From: Eledone cirrhosa
Taxonomy: Eukaryota
Length of the DNA stretch: 64,000 nt
Assembly: GCA_964016885.1 (NCBI GenBank)
Contig: OZ024743.1
Location: 375,658,001 to 375,722,000, forward strand
Direction of reading: 5' to 3'
Every line of letters begins with the position of its first letter. Position 1 is the stretch's first letter. The notes beneath the pieces were generated by a model that made no database searches, was not told the DNA's origin, and worked only from the letters and a program-made list of their open reading frames with translations. Positions 1 through 14,360 of the stretch are shown piece after piece. Both the position numbers and the translations under genes were made by a program.

Positions 1-2338
1 GCTTCATCAGCAATGTGGAGCAATAGACAGTCCAACAGAATTCTACAGAGAACTTTGCCGACAACAGACAACAGTGATATCCCACGATAGTTTCCGCAGT
101 TATCCCTTTCCCTTGTACAAAACAACCATCACAGCATCCTTCCAGTCATCGGGAACATGATTGTTGTTCTAGGCATCCAGAACCAAAGAATGAAGTCGGT
201 GCAAGAGATTCTCCCCACCGTGCTTCAAGATCTCAGCATACAGCCCATCCAATCCAGGCGACTTCCCACCATTGAGTTTCCTGACAGCACTTTTAACCTC
301 CTCGATCGTTGGAGGTTCAGTAAGGATTTCCTTTACTGGCTTATCAGGTATGGACCTGATAAACTCTTCGTCAACCTCTGAATCCCTATTGAGAAGCTCG
401 TCAAAGTGTTCCCGCCATCTCAACAGGATATCATTGGGATCTCTAAGGAGCTGATTGCCATCCTTTGTCTTAAGAGGCGCAACTGGTGATGTAGGTGGTC
501 CATTCACTTCACGAAGAAGATTATACATTGCCTTAACGTCCTTCACATCCGACGCAAGTTGTATTTCATCGGCTTTGTCATTCCACCACTTATTCTTCAT
601 TTCACGCAATTTTCGTTGCACATCAGCTTTTACGAGCTTCAGCTTATCAGCGATTGCCTTCTGCCGATCGGTGTTTAAATCACTACCAAGCAATGCGGAG
701 TGGAGCATATGTTTCTCCTCCAAAAGCTTGTCTATAAGCTTGTCAGTTTGGTCAAACCAATCCTGATGCTTCTTATCCGTGAATCCAACATCAGCACATG
801 CCCCATAAACTGCCTCCTTAAAGAGAGTCCAGTCATTTCCGCACTCTAAGGCATCCATCTTTTTAACCAGATTTTCTCTGACTTCAGGATCTTTCAGTCG
901 GGCAACGTTCAGCCGTTTCGGAAGTGATACCCCTCGCCGTTTCTCCCTTTTACGAACTACACATCTTGTTCTTGCTCTCACCAGACGATGGTCGGTCCAA
1001 CACTCTGCCCCACGCATCACACGAACACTGCACAGATCCTGTACATCCCGCCGCCTCACAAGGACATAATCAATCAGATGCCCCTGTTTCGATCCAGGAT
1101 GCATCCATGTGGTCTTGTATTTGTCCTTCTGCTGGAACATAGTGCTGCCAATGAACAAGTCCAGCTCAGTGCACATTTGCAATAACAAGAGTCCATTGCC
1201 ATTGCACTTTCCGACCCCATACTTGCCCAGAGCTCTCCAGGTCTCACAATCACGGCCCACGCGAGCATTAAAATCTCCAAGAATGAAAATGTTGTCTGCT
1301 GCAGGCACTTTCCAGACAAGAGACTTTAATTCGTCATAAAAAGCCTGCTTTGCTTCATCAATGCATTCCATAATTGCTGCATAAGCACCAATCACGGTTG
1401 CATATCTTCCTCCCTCTAGAGTAACTCTCACAGTGATCAGTCTGTCACTAACACCTGTCGGCAGCTCCTGAAGATGGTCTGTTATAACTGTTTTTATGGC
1501 AAAAGCGACACCAGCTTCCCTCCTCCATCCTTCCTTCCCCTCCAGAAAAACGTATATCCACCGGATTTCTCTGTGAAATGGCCCTCACCATGAAGTCGAG
1601 TTTCTGAGAGGGCCACAACATCCATATCATAACGCCTGAGCTCCTTGGCAACCAATGCCGATCTTCTTTCAGGTCGCTGTACATTTGTTTCAATATCAAG
1701 CAAAGTACGCACATTCCAGCACCCAAAATTGAGTGGTTTGCACACAGTAAACTGATGACGACCGGGCCTAGACTGCGGCGCCCAGGGACACCTGCCGGGC
1801 CAGACCCTTTCACATGATGCTGATTCAGAGCTCTTGTTGCCATTTACTTCAAATGTGTTAGGTACTTTCATGGTAATGTAGTTTGCCTTTTTAGGCTACG
1901 GCCAGCCAGAGTTCCACATCAAGACGACAAGTGCAGAGAGATCTCCAGATATAAAGCAATGCCTGTGCCGTGAAGCTTTTATAGTGAGCAAAGGCACTGC
2001 ACAAAGCCAGTCCCACTCTCTTAACCAAGATGATATTTACCAAAAAGAAGAACAAGTCAACATCATTGGATACCATCAGAGTTGCAGGTGTTATATCAGA
2101 GTTTTCCTTCTCCTAGAATTCTGCCTTGACAAAGGCTAAGGGGTCATCTCTCCCGGTGATTTTGGATGGCCATTGACTCTTAAGAGCTCCTTTGCCCTTT
2201 GACAGGTTTTATTTTTAGTTTTGCAGGATGTCCAAAGTTACCCTCCTCACCAAGAAACCTTGTTTAGTCGCCAACCCGACCATGAGACAGGTTGTACTGG
2301 GATACTTGTTACCAGTAGCACCAACTGGTGACCTGACA
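1..2338 (-). mobile_element. RTE-clade non-LTR retrotransposon (5' UTR, APE endonuclease, start of RT); frameshifted, continues off the window
   Basis: ORFs 1494-1871 and 169-1431 carry APE motifs GCWNVRTL, VVALSETRL, ILGDFNARVG, HLIDYVLV and TDHRLV, followed by RWREHFDELLN and KSPGLDG (pre-RT). The 5' end abuts (TATG)n. Confidence 0.92.
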
Positions 2339-2429
2339 TACAGACATTCATACATACATACATACATACATACATACATACATACATACATACATACATA
2401 CATACATACATACATACATACATACATAC

Positions 2430-2686
2430 TTGGTGGCTGCCCCCTCGTTATCGAGTATTGCCATTGCACGATATACCATTATTAATAATTATTAATTAAT
2501 TCTATGGTGCAATGCCTGTGCATGAAGATATTTTTTAAAGTGACGAAAGACTGTGCACTGAGCCAATCCCACTCTCTGAGCGACAGTAGTTATAACCTGA
2601 AAAGAAGAAAAGATCAACATCATCGGTAACTACTGAGCCGCAGGTTTTATATCCTGAGTTGCCTTCTCCTAGAAGAATGCCCTGAC
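2430..2686 (-). mobile_element. Short diverged RTE-related fragment (5'-UTR-like piece plus 3'-end piece)
   Basis: 2505-2686 resembles the RTE UTR at 1955-2130. 2430-2480 resembles the 3'-end motif at 2771-2820. It is flanked by (TACA)n. Confidence 0.6.
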
Positions 2687-2770
2687 ATACATACATACAT
2701 GCATGCATACATACATACATACATACATACATACATACATACATACATACATACATACATACATACATAC

Positions 2771-3380
2771 ATGGTGGCTGCCAACTCGTTTTCGAGTACG
2801 GCCACTACTTTATATCCATGTAGGAGAACCCCTACCGATGCGCTGAACGAGTGTGACTTTTTAGTCCAGCCAGCGACTTGAAAACTCTGGTACAAACACT
2901 ACACTTGTGACAATTACTGACACATAGTGCTGGGCCCATGGTACCATGTGACGACAAGTGCAGAGAGATCTCCAGATATAAAGCAATGCCTGTGCCGTGA
3001 AGCTTTTATAGTGAGCAAAGGCACTGCACAAAGCCAGTCCCACTCTCTTAACCAAGATGATATTTACCAAAAAGAAGAACAAGTCAACATCATTGGATAC
3101 CATCAGGGTTGCAGGTGTTATATCAGAGTTTTCCTTCTCCTAGAATTCTGCCTTGACAAAGGCTAAGGGGTCATCTCTCCCGGTGATTTTGGATGGCCAT
3201 TGACTCTTAAGAGCTCCTTTGCCCTTTGACAGGTTTTGTTTTTAGTCCTGCAGGATGTCCAAAGTCACCCTCCTCACCAAGAAACCTTGGTGGGGTTGCC
3301 AGTTTAGTCGCCAACGACCCGACCATGGGACAGGTTGTACTGGGATACATGTTACCAGTAGCACCAACTGGTGACCTGAC
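2771..3380 (-). mobile_element. Short internally deleted non-autonomous RTE derivative
   Basis: 2950-3380 is near-identical to the RTE 5' UTR (1923-2336). It is joined directly to a ~180-bp putative 3' end and a (TATG)n tail, with no ORF. Confidence 0.7.
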
Positions 3381-3381
3381 A

Positions 3382-3412
<31 letters not shown>

Positions 3413-3525
3413 CTACCTAGTTGATGTTGTGTAACTTCCAATGAGAGTGTCTTGTGTCTATGTTAGAAACCGACTCTCTCTCTCTCTCTATTGGTAAAAC
3501 TTTGTGAAATTATAAAACCAGAAGA

Positions 3526-3767
3526 ACATACATACATACATACATACATACATACATACATGGTGGCTGCCAACTCGTTTTCGAGTACGGCCACTACTTT
3601 ATATCCATGAGACATACAAGAGAGTATGTATGTATGTATGTATGTATGTATGTATGTATATATGTATGTATGTATGTATGTATGTACGTACGTACATACA
3701 TACATACATACATACATACATACATACATACATACATACATACATACATACATACATACATACATAC
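3526..3767. repeat. (TACA)n/(TATG)n microsatellites with a 50-bp RTE 3'-end stub (3560-3609)
   Basis: The stub is identical to 2771-2820. (TATG)n and (TACA)n arrays meet head-to-head around 3690. Confidence 0.85.
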
Positions 3768-4242
3768 AAATACAAATTTTCTGAAGATGAGGCTGTGAAA
3801 AATTCGAAACGTTAATAAGCTGACAGCTCCAGGAACACCATTGTTTTCAATCCAAACCTAAAGTATTATAACTAATAAGGAGATATAATTTCTGATAACA
3901 TACATAGCGATAGCTTAGGAAAGATATATTGAGTCAGTAAACCATTATAATTGTCGAGTGACTTGATAATATCTGTGAAACATCTCAAGAGTATAAATGA
4001 CGTTGATTTACGCCAAAACTTGTATTAACCCTGGATTGAGCTACGATACATTCTAATATCACTGTATATACTGATTGAGATATGATAGAACATCTAAATC
4101 TACATTTAATGATCATTGGAGATAAAAACCTCCATCCTTGGATTAAATGGATAAAAAATGACTATGAAGGTTATGGTGACGACGATGACGACGACGATGA
4201 TGACGATGATTATGTTGCTGTTGATGATGATGATGATGAAAA

Positions 4243-4456
4243 TAATTGTTTCTTATATAGGCGTAAGGCCAGCAATTTTGGGGGAGGGGGAAAGTCGATT
4301 AAATTGACCCCAGTGCGTGACTGGTACTTTATTTTATCGACCCCGTAAGGATGAAAGGCAAAGTTAACCTCGGCGGGATTTGAACTCAGATCATAAAGGA
4401 CCGTAACTCTATGCTACAAAGCATGGCGTCCGGCCCTCTACCGATACTGCCAATCC
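4243..4456 (-). mobile_element. tRNA-derived SINE, main family
   Basis: B-box-like GAGTTCAAATCC followed by the core GCCTTTCATCCTTACGGGGTCGATAAAATAAAGTACCAG. More than 25 full or partial copies are in the window. Confidence 0.85.
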
Positions 4457-4598
4457 AATGACCATTTGATATATTGGACAGAGAGATACTGTCAATTGAA
4501 TCGATGCAGTGTACGGCTTATATATACATAGTGAGACCGACGGTGAAGCTTAAACTGTTTCGATGCTCCACCCCCTACATATATATGTAATATATGTA

Positions 4599-4662
<64 letters not shown>

Positions 4663-4911
4663 CACGTACACACATACACACACACACACACACACATATA
4701 CATATAAACAAATAGTAAAAAGGAAAAGAAATACAGTAGAAAATACTGGAGGGATTTTTTTCAGTATAATATCAAAACATTTATTTATAAAGTAGGGATT
4801 TACGCATTTAATCGTGTACCGGTTTCAGCTTTATATGCTTTTGCAAATGGAAGTGCATAGTGCAGTTAAATTGCATATTTATACGACTAAAAATAAAATG
4901 GAGAAATAATT

Positions 4912-5047
4912 ATTTTTAGTTTTTACATACATATTTAGAGAGGAAAAGTTCATATTTTTGTCCGAAGCACACTAACAGAGAACGAAAGAAAACTTCGGAC
5001 TAAAAATATGAACTTTCCTCTCTAAATATGTATGTAAAAACTAAAAA
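4912..5047. repeat. Fold-back inverted repeat (~60-bp arms)
   Basis: ttttagtttttacatacatatttagagaggaaaagttcatatttttgtccgaag ... cttcggactaaaaatatgaactttcctctctaaatatgtatgtaaaaactaaaaa. Confidence 0.85.
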
Positions 5048-7433
5048 CAAAATATATTTTATTGTTTGTTTATACCACGTAACATAGCGGCTCGACAAAG
5101 AAGGACCGATAAAATAAGCACCAGATTTTATAAAATAAGTTCTCGGATCGATATGATCTACCAAATCCAACACTGCCGCAGTTCAATGGCAGAAACTAGG
5201 ATAATAATAATAAAAGAATGTACTTTCGTGTAAATGTAAATATGTATATATGTATGAGTTTTAGCTAGCTTGCCTATATAGGCTTATTGATTAAATATAA
5301 TTGAATTCTTAACAGCCTCGATATGTCCTATCATAGCTTATAGTATGTATGTAGATAAGACGTCACCGCAGTATGAGGGCGAATCATATATTAAATTCTA
5401 TGAAGCAACACATGGCATACATTTCCAATGAGGTGCTTTGATTTTTGTTGTTGGTTTTATTGTTATTTGTTTGTTTTGTTTTTTTTGTGTTATTTTTGTT
5501 ATTTTTTCCATTTATTTTCTCGGTATACATATTTCTATGATGTCGTGAATGTACTGAAATAGTTACATAGGAAGTTAATCGACTTTGTTTCAATAGAGAC
5601 CCGTTCTCTATTCAAATATTTCGTTGCGCATCTAAATCGATCAAAGTTAACATTTAGTCTGAGATACATATCGTAAATTATGCACCTAAAGAGTTAAGCC
5701 TTGTTTGTTAATGTTTGATGTTGTATATTACATGTGCAATACAGTTAATTGACAAATTATATAGGTACACACATCTCTCCACGTTCGTATTGTTATTTAA
5801 TTTTCTGACTGACTAACAGAGGCGGTGAGTCGTTAGAACTTTAGATATAATACTCTGTAGTGTAGTGTAGTGTAGTGTCTGTTACGGCTGTGAGTTCTGA
5901 GTTCAGAATCCGTCAAAGGCAACTTTACCTTTCGTCCTTTCGAGTCCGATAAAAATGTTACCAGTCCAGTAATGGAAACTATTCTTCCACTATATCTCTT
6001 TCTCCGTAAGGGTTTTTCGTAATGTCCAAAACACGTTGTGTGTCCCTACGGCACTCCTACAATGTCAATCAGAAGTTACGGGTCCATACATAGTAAACGA
6101 CACAAACATAACTGTTTTTTATAGTTTCAGGTTATTTCTCATATCAAGCTAGAGGTAAATTGCTAGACTGAAAATGCCACGGTATTTTTCCGGTTCACTA
6201 ACTCCTAGTTCAAATCCCGGCCGGGTTAACTTTGTTTTTTCCCCCTTTCATTATCGATAATTACCATTCTAGTAATAGGGTCGATCCTTTCTTATTTTGG
6301 GAGAATCGCCTGTGTTCCGACGTGGTGATGGATGATCTCCGTCATTTTTTAACTGCCCAAGACATGTCATGTATCAGGACTATGTCCCTAGGACTCCAGC
6401 AGGAGTTAAGGGCCCTTCATCTTATATCCTGTCCATTTTTTCTACTACTTAATTATCACATGTATTAATACAATTGATATAATCCAGCGGCTAGTACCTG
6501 CAATGAAAGGACCAAAGGAAGCAGTTTTCGTTGGTCCGATCTAACAAACGGTTCCTTTCGTTTTTCTTTATGTTGTTGATTGATGCTACTTCTCATGAGA
6601 ACATATATTCAGCAAATTGGTAGAGTCATTAAAACGTTGGATAGACTGTCTAGTGCTATTCTGAGTGAAAATCTCGCCGAGGTCAACTTTGCCTTTCATA
6701 CTTTCGGGTTCGATAAATAAAGTACCAATCCAGTACTTGGATTGATTCTTCCTCTAAATCTCTTTCTTATCTAATTACTTGGGCCGAATATTCTCCTATC
6801 CTCTTCTCTCTCTCCCTCTCTCTCTCCCTCTCTCTCTCTCTCTATCTATCTCCCTCTCTCCATAAATATATATATATAAATCGCTTTCTTTCTATCTCTC
6901 GCCCTCTCTCCTCCCCTCTATCAATCTATTTATCTCTTACTTTCACTCGCTCAATGTCTCTTTAAAAGAGATCAGCTGTGTTCAGACCTGAAGAAGGATG
7001 TGCTCCGTCAAGCAGGTTTAAAATGATCCAGGCATGCCATATGTCTCGACGGTACTCCAACGACGCCATCAAGAGTTAAAAGCTCAGGCAAAGAAAGAAA
7101 GAAAGTAAGAAAGAAGGAAGAAGTTAATACCGTGATGACATTTAAAAGCAGCCGCTTGCATTACGATTTACATATACGCTTTCATAGGTGATATCAAATA
7201 AACTAACATAGCATACGTATTTTATCATTTTATCACCAAAAAAATCTTTAGTGTCCGTCAAACATTCGCCAGATTCTCTGCTGTTTCTATATGTTTTATA
7301 AACATATATTTGTTATATGGGATCTTGTATAAAAGGTTTGTTATTGCAATCAAATTATCTTGTTTTTACTGGCACCACTCTGCTAATTTAAGCGATATCT
7401 AAACGAAACATAGTGCGCTATTGATATGTATGA

Positions 7434-7739
<306 letters not shown>

Positions 7740-8916
7740 TGTGTGTTGGTGTATTATAGATTACATTGATAAAATATGAGATACGTTGATTAAATAGATT
7801 GACAGATAAAATATCCGTTTTGTTCTTTGATTTTTTTCCCATTGTCTTTGTCCTGTGCGCCCCACTATTTTGAATTCATATTCTAAAGACTTGGCCATGC
7901 AGGCTGTTTTTTTTAAACTATCATATAGTAGACATCACACTGCTCAGTCTGTCTTCATTTATTCTCCCTTCTTACCTTTTCTACTCCTGTGTCATTTTGC
8001 TTTGTCTGCAGTCCATATTCTTTCTTGTTTATCTATTTCTCTCCTCTCTATGGTTTTTTTCCTTTGTCTAAGTCCTCAGGCACCGTTCTCTCCCTTCTTT
8101 GTCAGTTTGTGGGGTACTTTTTCATCTATATTTGTGTAATTCACCGAAAGGTATAAATTGTCCTGTCTTTGTCACTACCTGTTTTGTTATGTCCCAATCT
8201 GCACTGGAATGAATGGAAGCGGAAACGTAGTTATTTCCAGAGGTTGACTGAGGAGATGTGACTGTCCGTTTTGCCGTTGCTTAACCAATGTTTTTGTCCT
8301 GTGCACCCCTGTTTCCAAATCATAATCTAAAGTCTAAATATGTATGCGTATGTATGTACACATGTATATGTATGTGTGTATGTATGTATGTATTTGTATG
8401 TATGTATGTGTGTATGTACAATTATGTATGTTTGTTGTGTGTGTGCCTGCCTGTGTGCGCGTGCGTGTAAGTGTGTGTACGTGTGTAAGTGGGCGCGTGT
8501 GTGAATGTGTTTGTCGACACCTGGAATATATATTAAGAGAAACTTGACTATAGGGGGTTCATCCCAACACTTGAATCTGTTGATGGAACCTTTTCTGCCT
8601 TTGTCACCCTCATTTTAGTCTTAAAGAATTAGCTTCTAAAGAATTTCCCTTTTCTTTAAACGATTGAACCCCACCCATCCTGTAGACACCTGTCTTACAG
8701 GCATTGTTACTTTAAGTGATAAACAAGGATTGGTATTCCAATTTTGAACTTATTTACAGTATTCTTTCTGCCTTTGTTAATATTCCGAGGTTCACTTAGC
8801 CTTTCATCCTTACGGGGTCGATAAAATAAAGTACCAGTAATGCACTGGGTAATGTACTGGCTAATCCTACCACCAGATGAGGAAAGACAAAAATACTACC
8901 ATTTACTTGGACAGCC

Positions 8917-9205
8917 AGCTTCCTGATGATTTCTCACGAATGAAACAGTTCTAGTCCTGTAGAATCTGTTCTATATTAAAACTGTTATACTCTGCTATGT
9001 ATTGAGTACCTTACTTACTGTGGTTATCCCCGATTCAACCTGGAATAACTTATATATATATATATATTTAAGTTTTATCCCGGGTTCAATCGAGAGTAAC
9101 CACAGTAAGTAAGGTACTCAATACATAGCAGAGTATAAATATTTCGGCTTCCCAATGATTTCTCCCTAATGAAACAGTTCTAGACCTGTAGAAGCCATTT
9201 CTATA
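8917..9205. mobile_element. PLE-like terminal fragments with an inverted repeat and two hammerhead-like motifs
   Basis: Inverted arms at ~8986-9048 and ~9075-9138 surround (TA)n. A CTGATGA-TTTC-N4-GAAT-GAAAC-AG..CT-GTA motif lies at 8923-8961, with a decayed copy at 9146-9196. Same family as 25380-25670. Confidence 0.7.
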
Positions 9206-9940
9206 TATATATATAAACCGAAAAAATGAAACGAAATTTCATTTCTCACTCTTAGTACGGCTGTTACTTAAATATAAGTATGTACACATACATACATATA
9301 TGTATACAGACGTACAGTAGTATACTTATTACTAATTTATACTTATTCCTAATTAAACTATTTTTCACTGGGAAAAATTTGTCAGCATTTTCTTTTCCTT
9401 TTACTAATATATCACAACTCGTGTGTTACACCTCTATTTTTTTTTAATATATATATAAATATGAAAGACGCAAAATAAGAAAATTATAAAAATTAACTTA
9501 CTTGCTAAGATTTCACTCCAACTAATTAGTTTCTGAAAGGGAATAAACATAGTTTCCAAATGGAGAGCATGGAGAAGCCGTTTCGTCATCAGGAAGTCTG
9601 TTCTCAGCTAAGTTACCAGGCGATGCGTGGACACAGGGAACTTATACAAAAATAATTCAGTGGATGGAAAAAAGCAAGCGTGGACTAAATTCCAAGACAT
9701 TGAAAAAATCACTGCCTACTTGGTCGGTGGCAAATTCAAAAGAATCAATCACGTGACATCGATGTTAATCAGTGAGGAGTGGGTTGTTAAAAAGACAGTA
9801 GCCGAGCCCTTACTATGAACTATAGTAGCAGTTTTGGCAAATTTTTGCTCAACAAAACCTATATATTTGCTAGCATAGGTATGCATCTGTATATATATGT
9901 TGGTAGATATACTAATTCTTTATATATATATATATATATA

Positions 9941-10861
<921 letters not shown>

Positions 10862-11181
10862 AAGAGCAATAGAGTGAGATAGAGCGTTGGGTAAGGAGGT
10901 AGGTAGGATCATCGATCATTTCCTTTAATAAATTAGGTATCATAAATATGAAGTATCAAATATGCTTGTCTGCCTGTGTATGTGTGTGTGTGTCTGCGTA
11001 TATATGTGTGTGTGTCTTTCTGTGTGTATGTGTGTGTGTGTAAAGAGTTGGACAGGAGGCTTTGTTGTACCTCTTCCCGCTCTGCGCGTGCTACATTCAA
11101 ATTATTCCGGCTCCTGTCACTAGAAAAGTATTGACGCTTTTTCTGCCAGGAGTTCCATATGACGATCGGCTCCTTGTATTC

Positions 11182-12417
11182 CTGTTGTTGTTACTGTTGC
11201 TGTTGCTGTTACTGTTGTTACTGTTGTTGCGGTTGCTGTTGTTGTTATTGTTACTGTTGTTGTTACCGTTATTGTTGTTACTGTTGTTGTTGTTACTGTT
11301 GTTGTTACTGTTGTTGCGGCTGCTGTTGTTATTGTTACTGTTGTTGTTACTGTTGTTGCGGCTGCTGTTGTTGTTATTGTTACTGTTGTTGTTACTGTTG
11401 TTGTTACTGTTGTTGTTACTGTTGTTGTTACTGTTGTTACTGTTGTTGCGGCTGCTGTTGTTGTTATTGTTACTGTTGTTGTTACTGTTGTTGTTACTGT
11501 TGTTACTGTTGTTGCGGCTGCTGTTGTTGTTATTGTTACTGTTGTTGTTACTGTTGTTGTTACTGTTGTTGTTACTGTTGTTGTTACTGTTGTTACTGTT
11601 GTTGCGGCTGCTGTTGTTATTGTTACTGTTGTTGTTACTGTTGTTGCGGCTGCTGTTGTTGTTATTGTTACTGTTGTTGTTACTGTTGTTGTTACTGTTG
11701 TTGTTACTGTTGTTGCGGTTGCTGTTGTTGTTATTGTTACTGTTGTTGTTACCGTTATTGTTGTTACTGTTGTTGTTGTTACTGTTGTTGTTACTGTTGT
11801 TGTTACCGTTATTGTTGTTACTGTTGTTGTTGTTACTGTTGTTGTTACTGTTGTTGCGGTTGCTGTTGTTGTTATTGTTACTGTTGTTGTTACCGTTATT
11901 GTTGTTACTGTTGTTGTTGTTACTGTTGTTGTTACTGCTGTTGCGGTTGCTGTTGTTGTTATTGTTACTGTTGTTGTTACTGTTGTTGTTACTGTTGTTG
12001 TTACTGTTGTTGTTACTGTTGTTACTGTTGTTGCGGCTGCTGTTGTTATTGTTACTGTTGTTGTTACTGTTGTTGCGGCTGCTGTTGTTGTTATTGTTAC
12101 TGTTGTTGTTACTGTTGTTGTTACTGTTGTTGTTACTGTTGTTGTTACTGTTGTTACTGTTGTTGCGGCTGCTGTTGTTATTGTTACTGTTGTTGTTACT
12201 GTTGTTGCGGCTGCTGTTGTTGTTATTGTTACTGTTGTTGTTACTGTTGTTGTTACTGTTGTTGTTACTGTTGTTGTTACTGTTGTTACTGTTGTTGCGG
12301 CTGCTGTTGCTGTTATTGTTGCTGTTGTTGTTGCTGTTATTGTTGCTGTTGTTACTGTTGTTGCGGCTGCTGTTGTTGTTATTGTTACTGTTGTTGTTAC
12401 TGTTGTTTGTTGCTGTT
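11182..12417. repeat. Compound (TTG/CTG/TTA) trinucleotide satellite with recurring CGG landmarks
   Basis: Read directly; it produces the poly-Leu and poly-Cys ORF artefacts. Confidence 0.95.
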
Positions 12418-12511
12418 TAGCTCCAAATCGATTGACTATGTAGAAAAGCTGTTCAGTGGTTAAATCAAATTAAGTTTTTACCGAATGTGGTCCCGCTTCT
12501 GTAGTTATCTC

Positions 12512-12833
12512 CCCTAACTCCCACTACACCTAACCCTAACTCCCACTACACCTAACCCTAACTCCCACTACACCTAACCCTAACTCCCACTACACCTAAC
12601 CCTAACTCCCACTACACCTAACCCTAACTCCCACTACACCTAACCCTAACTCCCACTACACCTAACCCTAACTCCCACTACACCTAACCCTAACTCCCAC
12701 TACACCTAACCCTAACTCCCACTACACCTAACCCTAACTCCCACTACACCTAACCCTAACTCCCACTACACCTAACCCTAACTCCCACTACACCTAACCC
12801 TAACTCCCACTACACCTAACCCTAACTCCCACT
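12512..12833. repeat. 22-bp minisatellite (CCCTAACTCCCACTACACCTAA) x ~14.5, telomere-like core
   Basis: Perfect period of 22; unit junctions read CCTAACCCTAA. Confidence 0.95.
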
Positions 12834-13281
12834 GTCAACAATCGGGTCCCCCGCCAGCATCAGATATATATGAAATTTGTATATTTTACTTCTTCTTACA
12901 GTTTTGCTATTGTGACAAGTTCTGACCTGGAGTTCTTTCTGTGTATGTTTCCTTGTATGCGACTGGTGTGGTGGGTGGAAGAGACTGTGGCGGTTAGTGG
13001 GGGAGAGTGTGGCGGATTGAAGAGGAGAGTGAGTGTCGGAGAGGGACAGTGAGGGACAGAGTGAGACAAGAAGAGTCAGAGAGAAACAATGAGAGTAAGA
13101 GAAAAAGATAGAAAAATTGACTGAGACAGAGATAAACAAAAACAAAATGGGAGAGAATGAGATATACAAAGATAGATAGATAGATAAGAGAGAGAGAGGA
13201 GAAAGCTATAAAGAAAAGGTGAGAGGGGGAGAAATAGACGATATGGGAGAATAAGAAAGATAGATAGAAAGAGATAGAGTG

Positions 13282-13343
<62 letters not shown>

Positions 13344-13444
13344 TAAGTTAAAAATGTACATCCACATATGTATACTGAAATACTAGTATGCATATGTGTA
13401 TTCATATGCATACTAGTATTTCAGTATACATATGTGGATGTACA

Positions 13445-13538
<94 letters not shown>

Positions 13539-13617
13539 GGAGTAGAGAGAGAATGAAGAGGAGCTAGAGGGAGAGAGAGAGCGAGAGAGAGAGAGAGAGA
13601 GAGAGAGAGTGGTGATG

Positions 13618-13656
<39 letters not shown>

Positions 13657-13659
13657 TGG

Positions 13660-13710
<51 letters not shown>

Positions 13711-13724
13711 TAGAGAGAGAGTGG

Positions 13725-13804
<80 letters not shown>

Positions 13805-13808
13805 GATG

Positions 13809-13848
<40 letters not shown>

Positions 13849-13852
<4 letters not shown>

Positions 13853-13890
13853 GAAAAAGAGATGAAATCGAAAATGCAACTGGAGTATTT

Positions 13891-13926
<36 letters not shown>

Positions 13927-14085
13927 ATATATATTTATTTGGTTCCTTTACCGGTTTCGCAGTTCTTCTGCTTTTCAAAAGGTGAGTTGAGATGGAGGGT
14001 CTGTGGTTTTTTCTCACTTTTTCTTTATACTTTCACTCGTGTAGGACACCTCGGTTATTTTTCATTTTTGTAAAAAAAACCTCAC

Positions 14086-14153
<68 letters not shown>

Positions 14154-14360
14154 GTGAGGTTTTTTTACAAAATGATAAATAACCGAGGTGTCCTACACGA
14201 GTGGAAGTATAAAGAAAAAGGGATGAAATCGAAAATGCAACTGAAGTCTTATTTTTTTTTTTAAATATATATATTTTTATTTGGTTCCTTTACCGGTTTC
14301 GCAGTTCTTCTGCTTTTCAAAAGGTGAGTTGAGATGGAGGGTCTGTGGTTTTTTCTCACA
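13849..14360 (-). mobile_element. Inverted pseudo-LTR copies of the adjacent Penelope-like element
   Basis: 13849-14017 and 14210-14362 are reverse complements of 16612-16766. 14020-14092 and 14147-14218 are inverted around (TA)n. Confidence 0.85.

Noticed and set aside
2250-2338. Possible HDV-like ribozyme at the RTE 5' end
   Set aside because: Such ribozymes are known from RTEs and a hairpin is present (ACCAGT..ACTGGT), but I could not assemble the nested double pseudoknot by eye. It needs a descriptor search.
11062-12463. Poly-Leu and poly-Cys ORFs
   Set aside because: Translation of a trinucleotide satellite, with no domain or splice support.
12512-12833. True telomere or interstitial (TTAGGG)n
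   Set aside because: The hexamer is embedded in a 22-bp unit, not a pure telomeric array.
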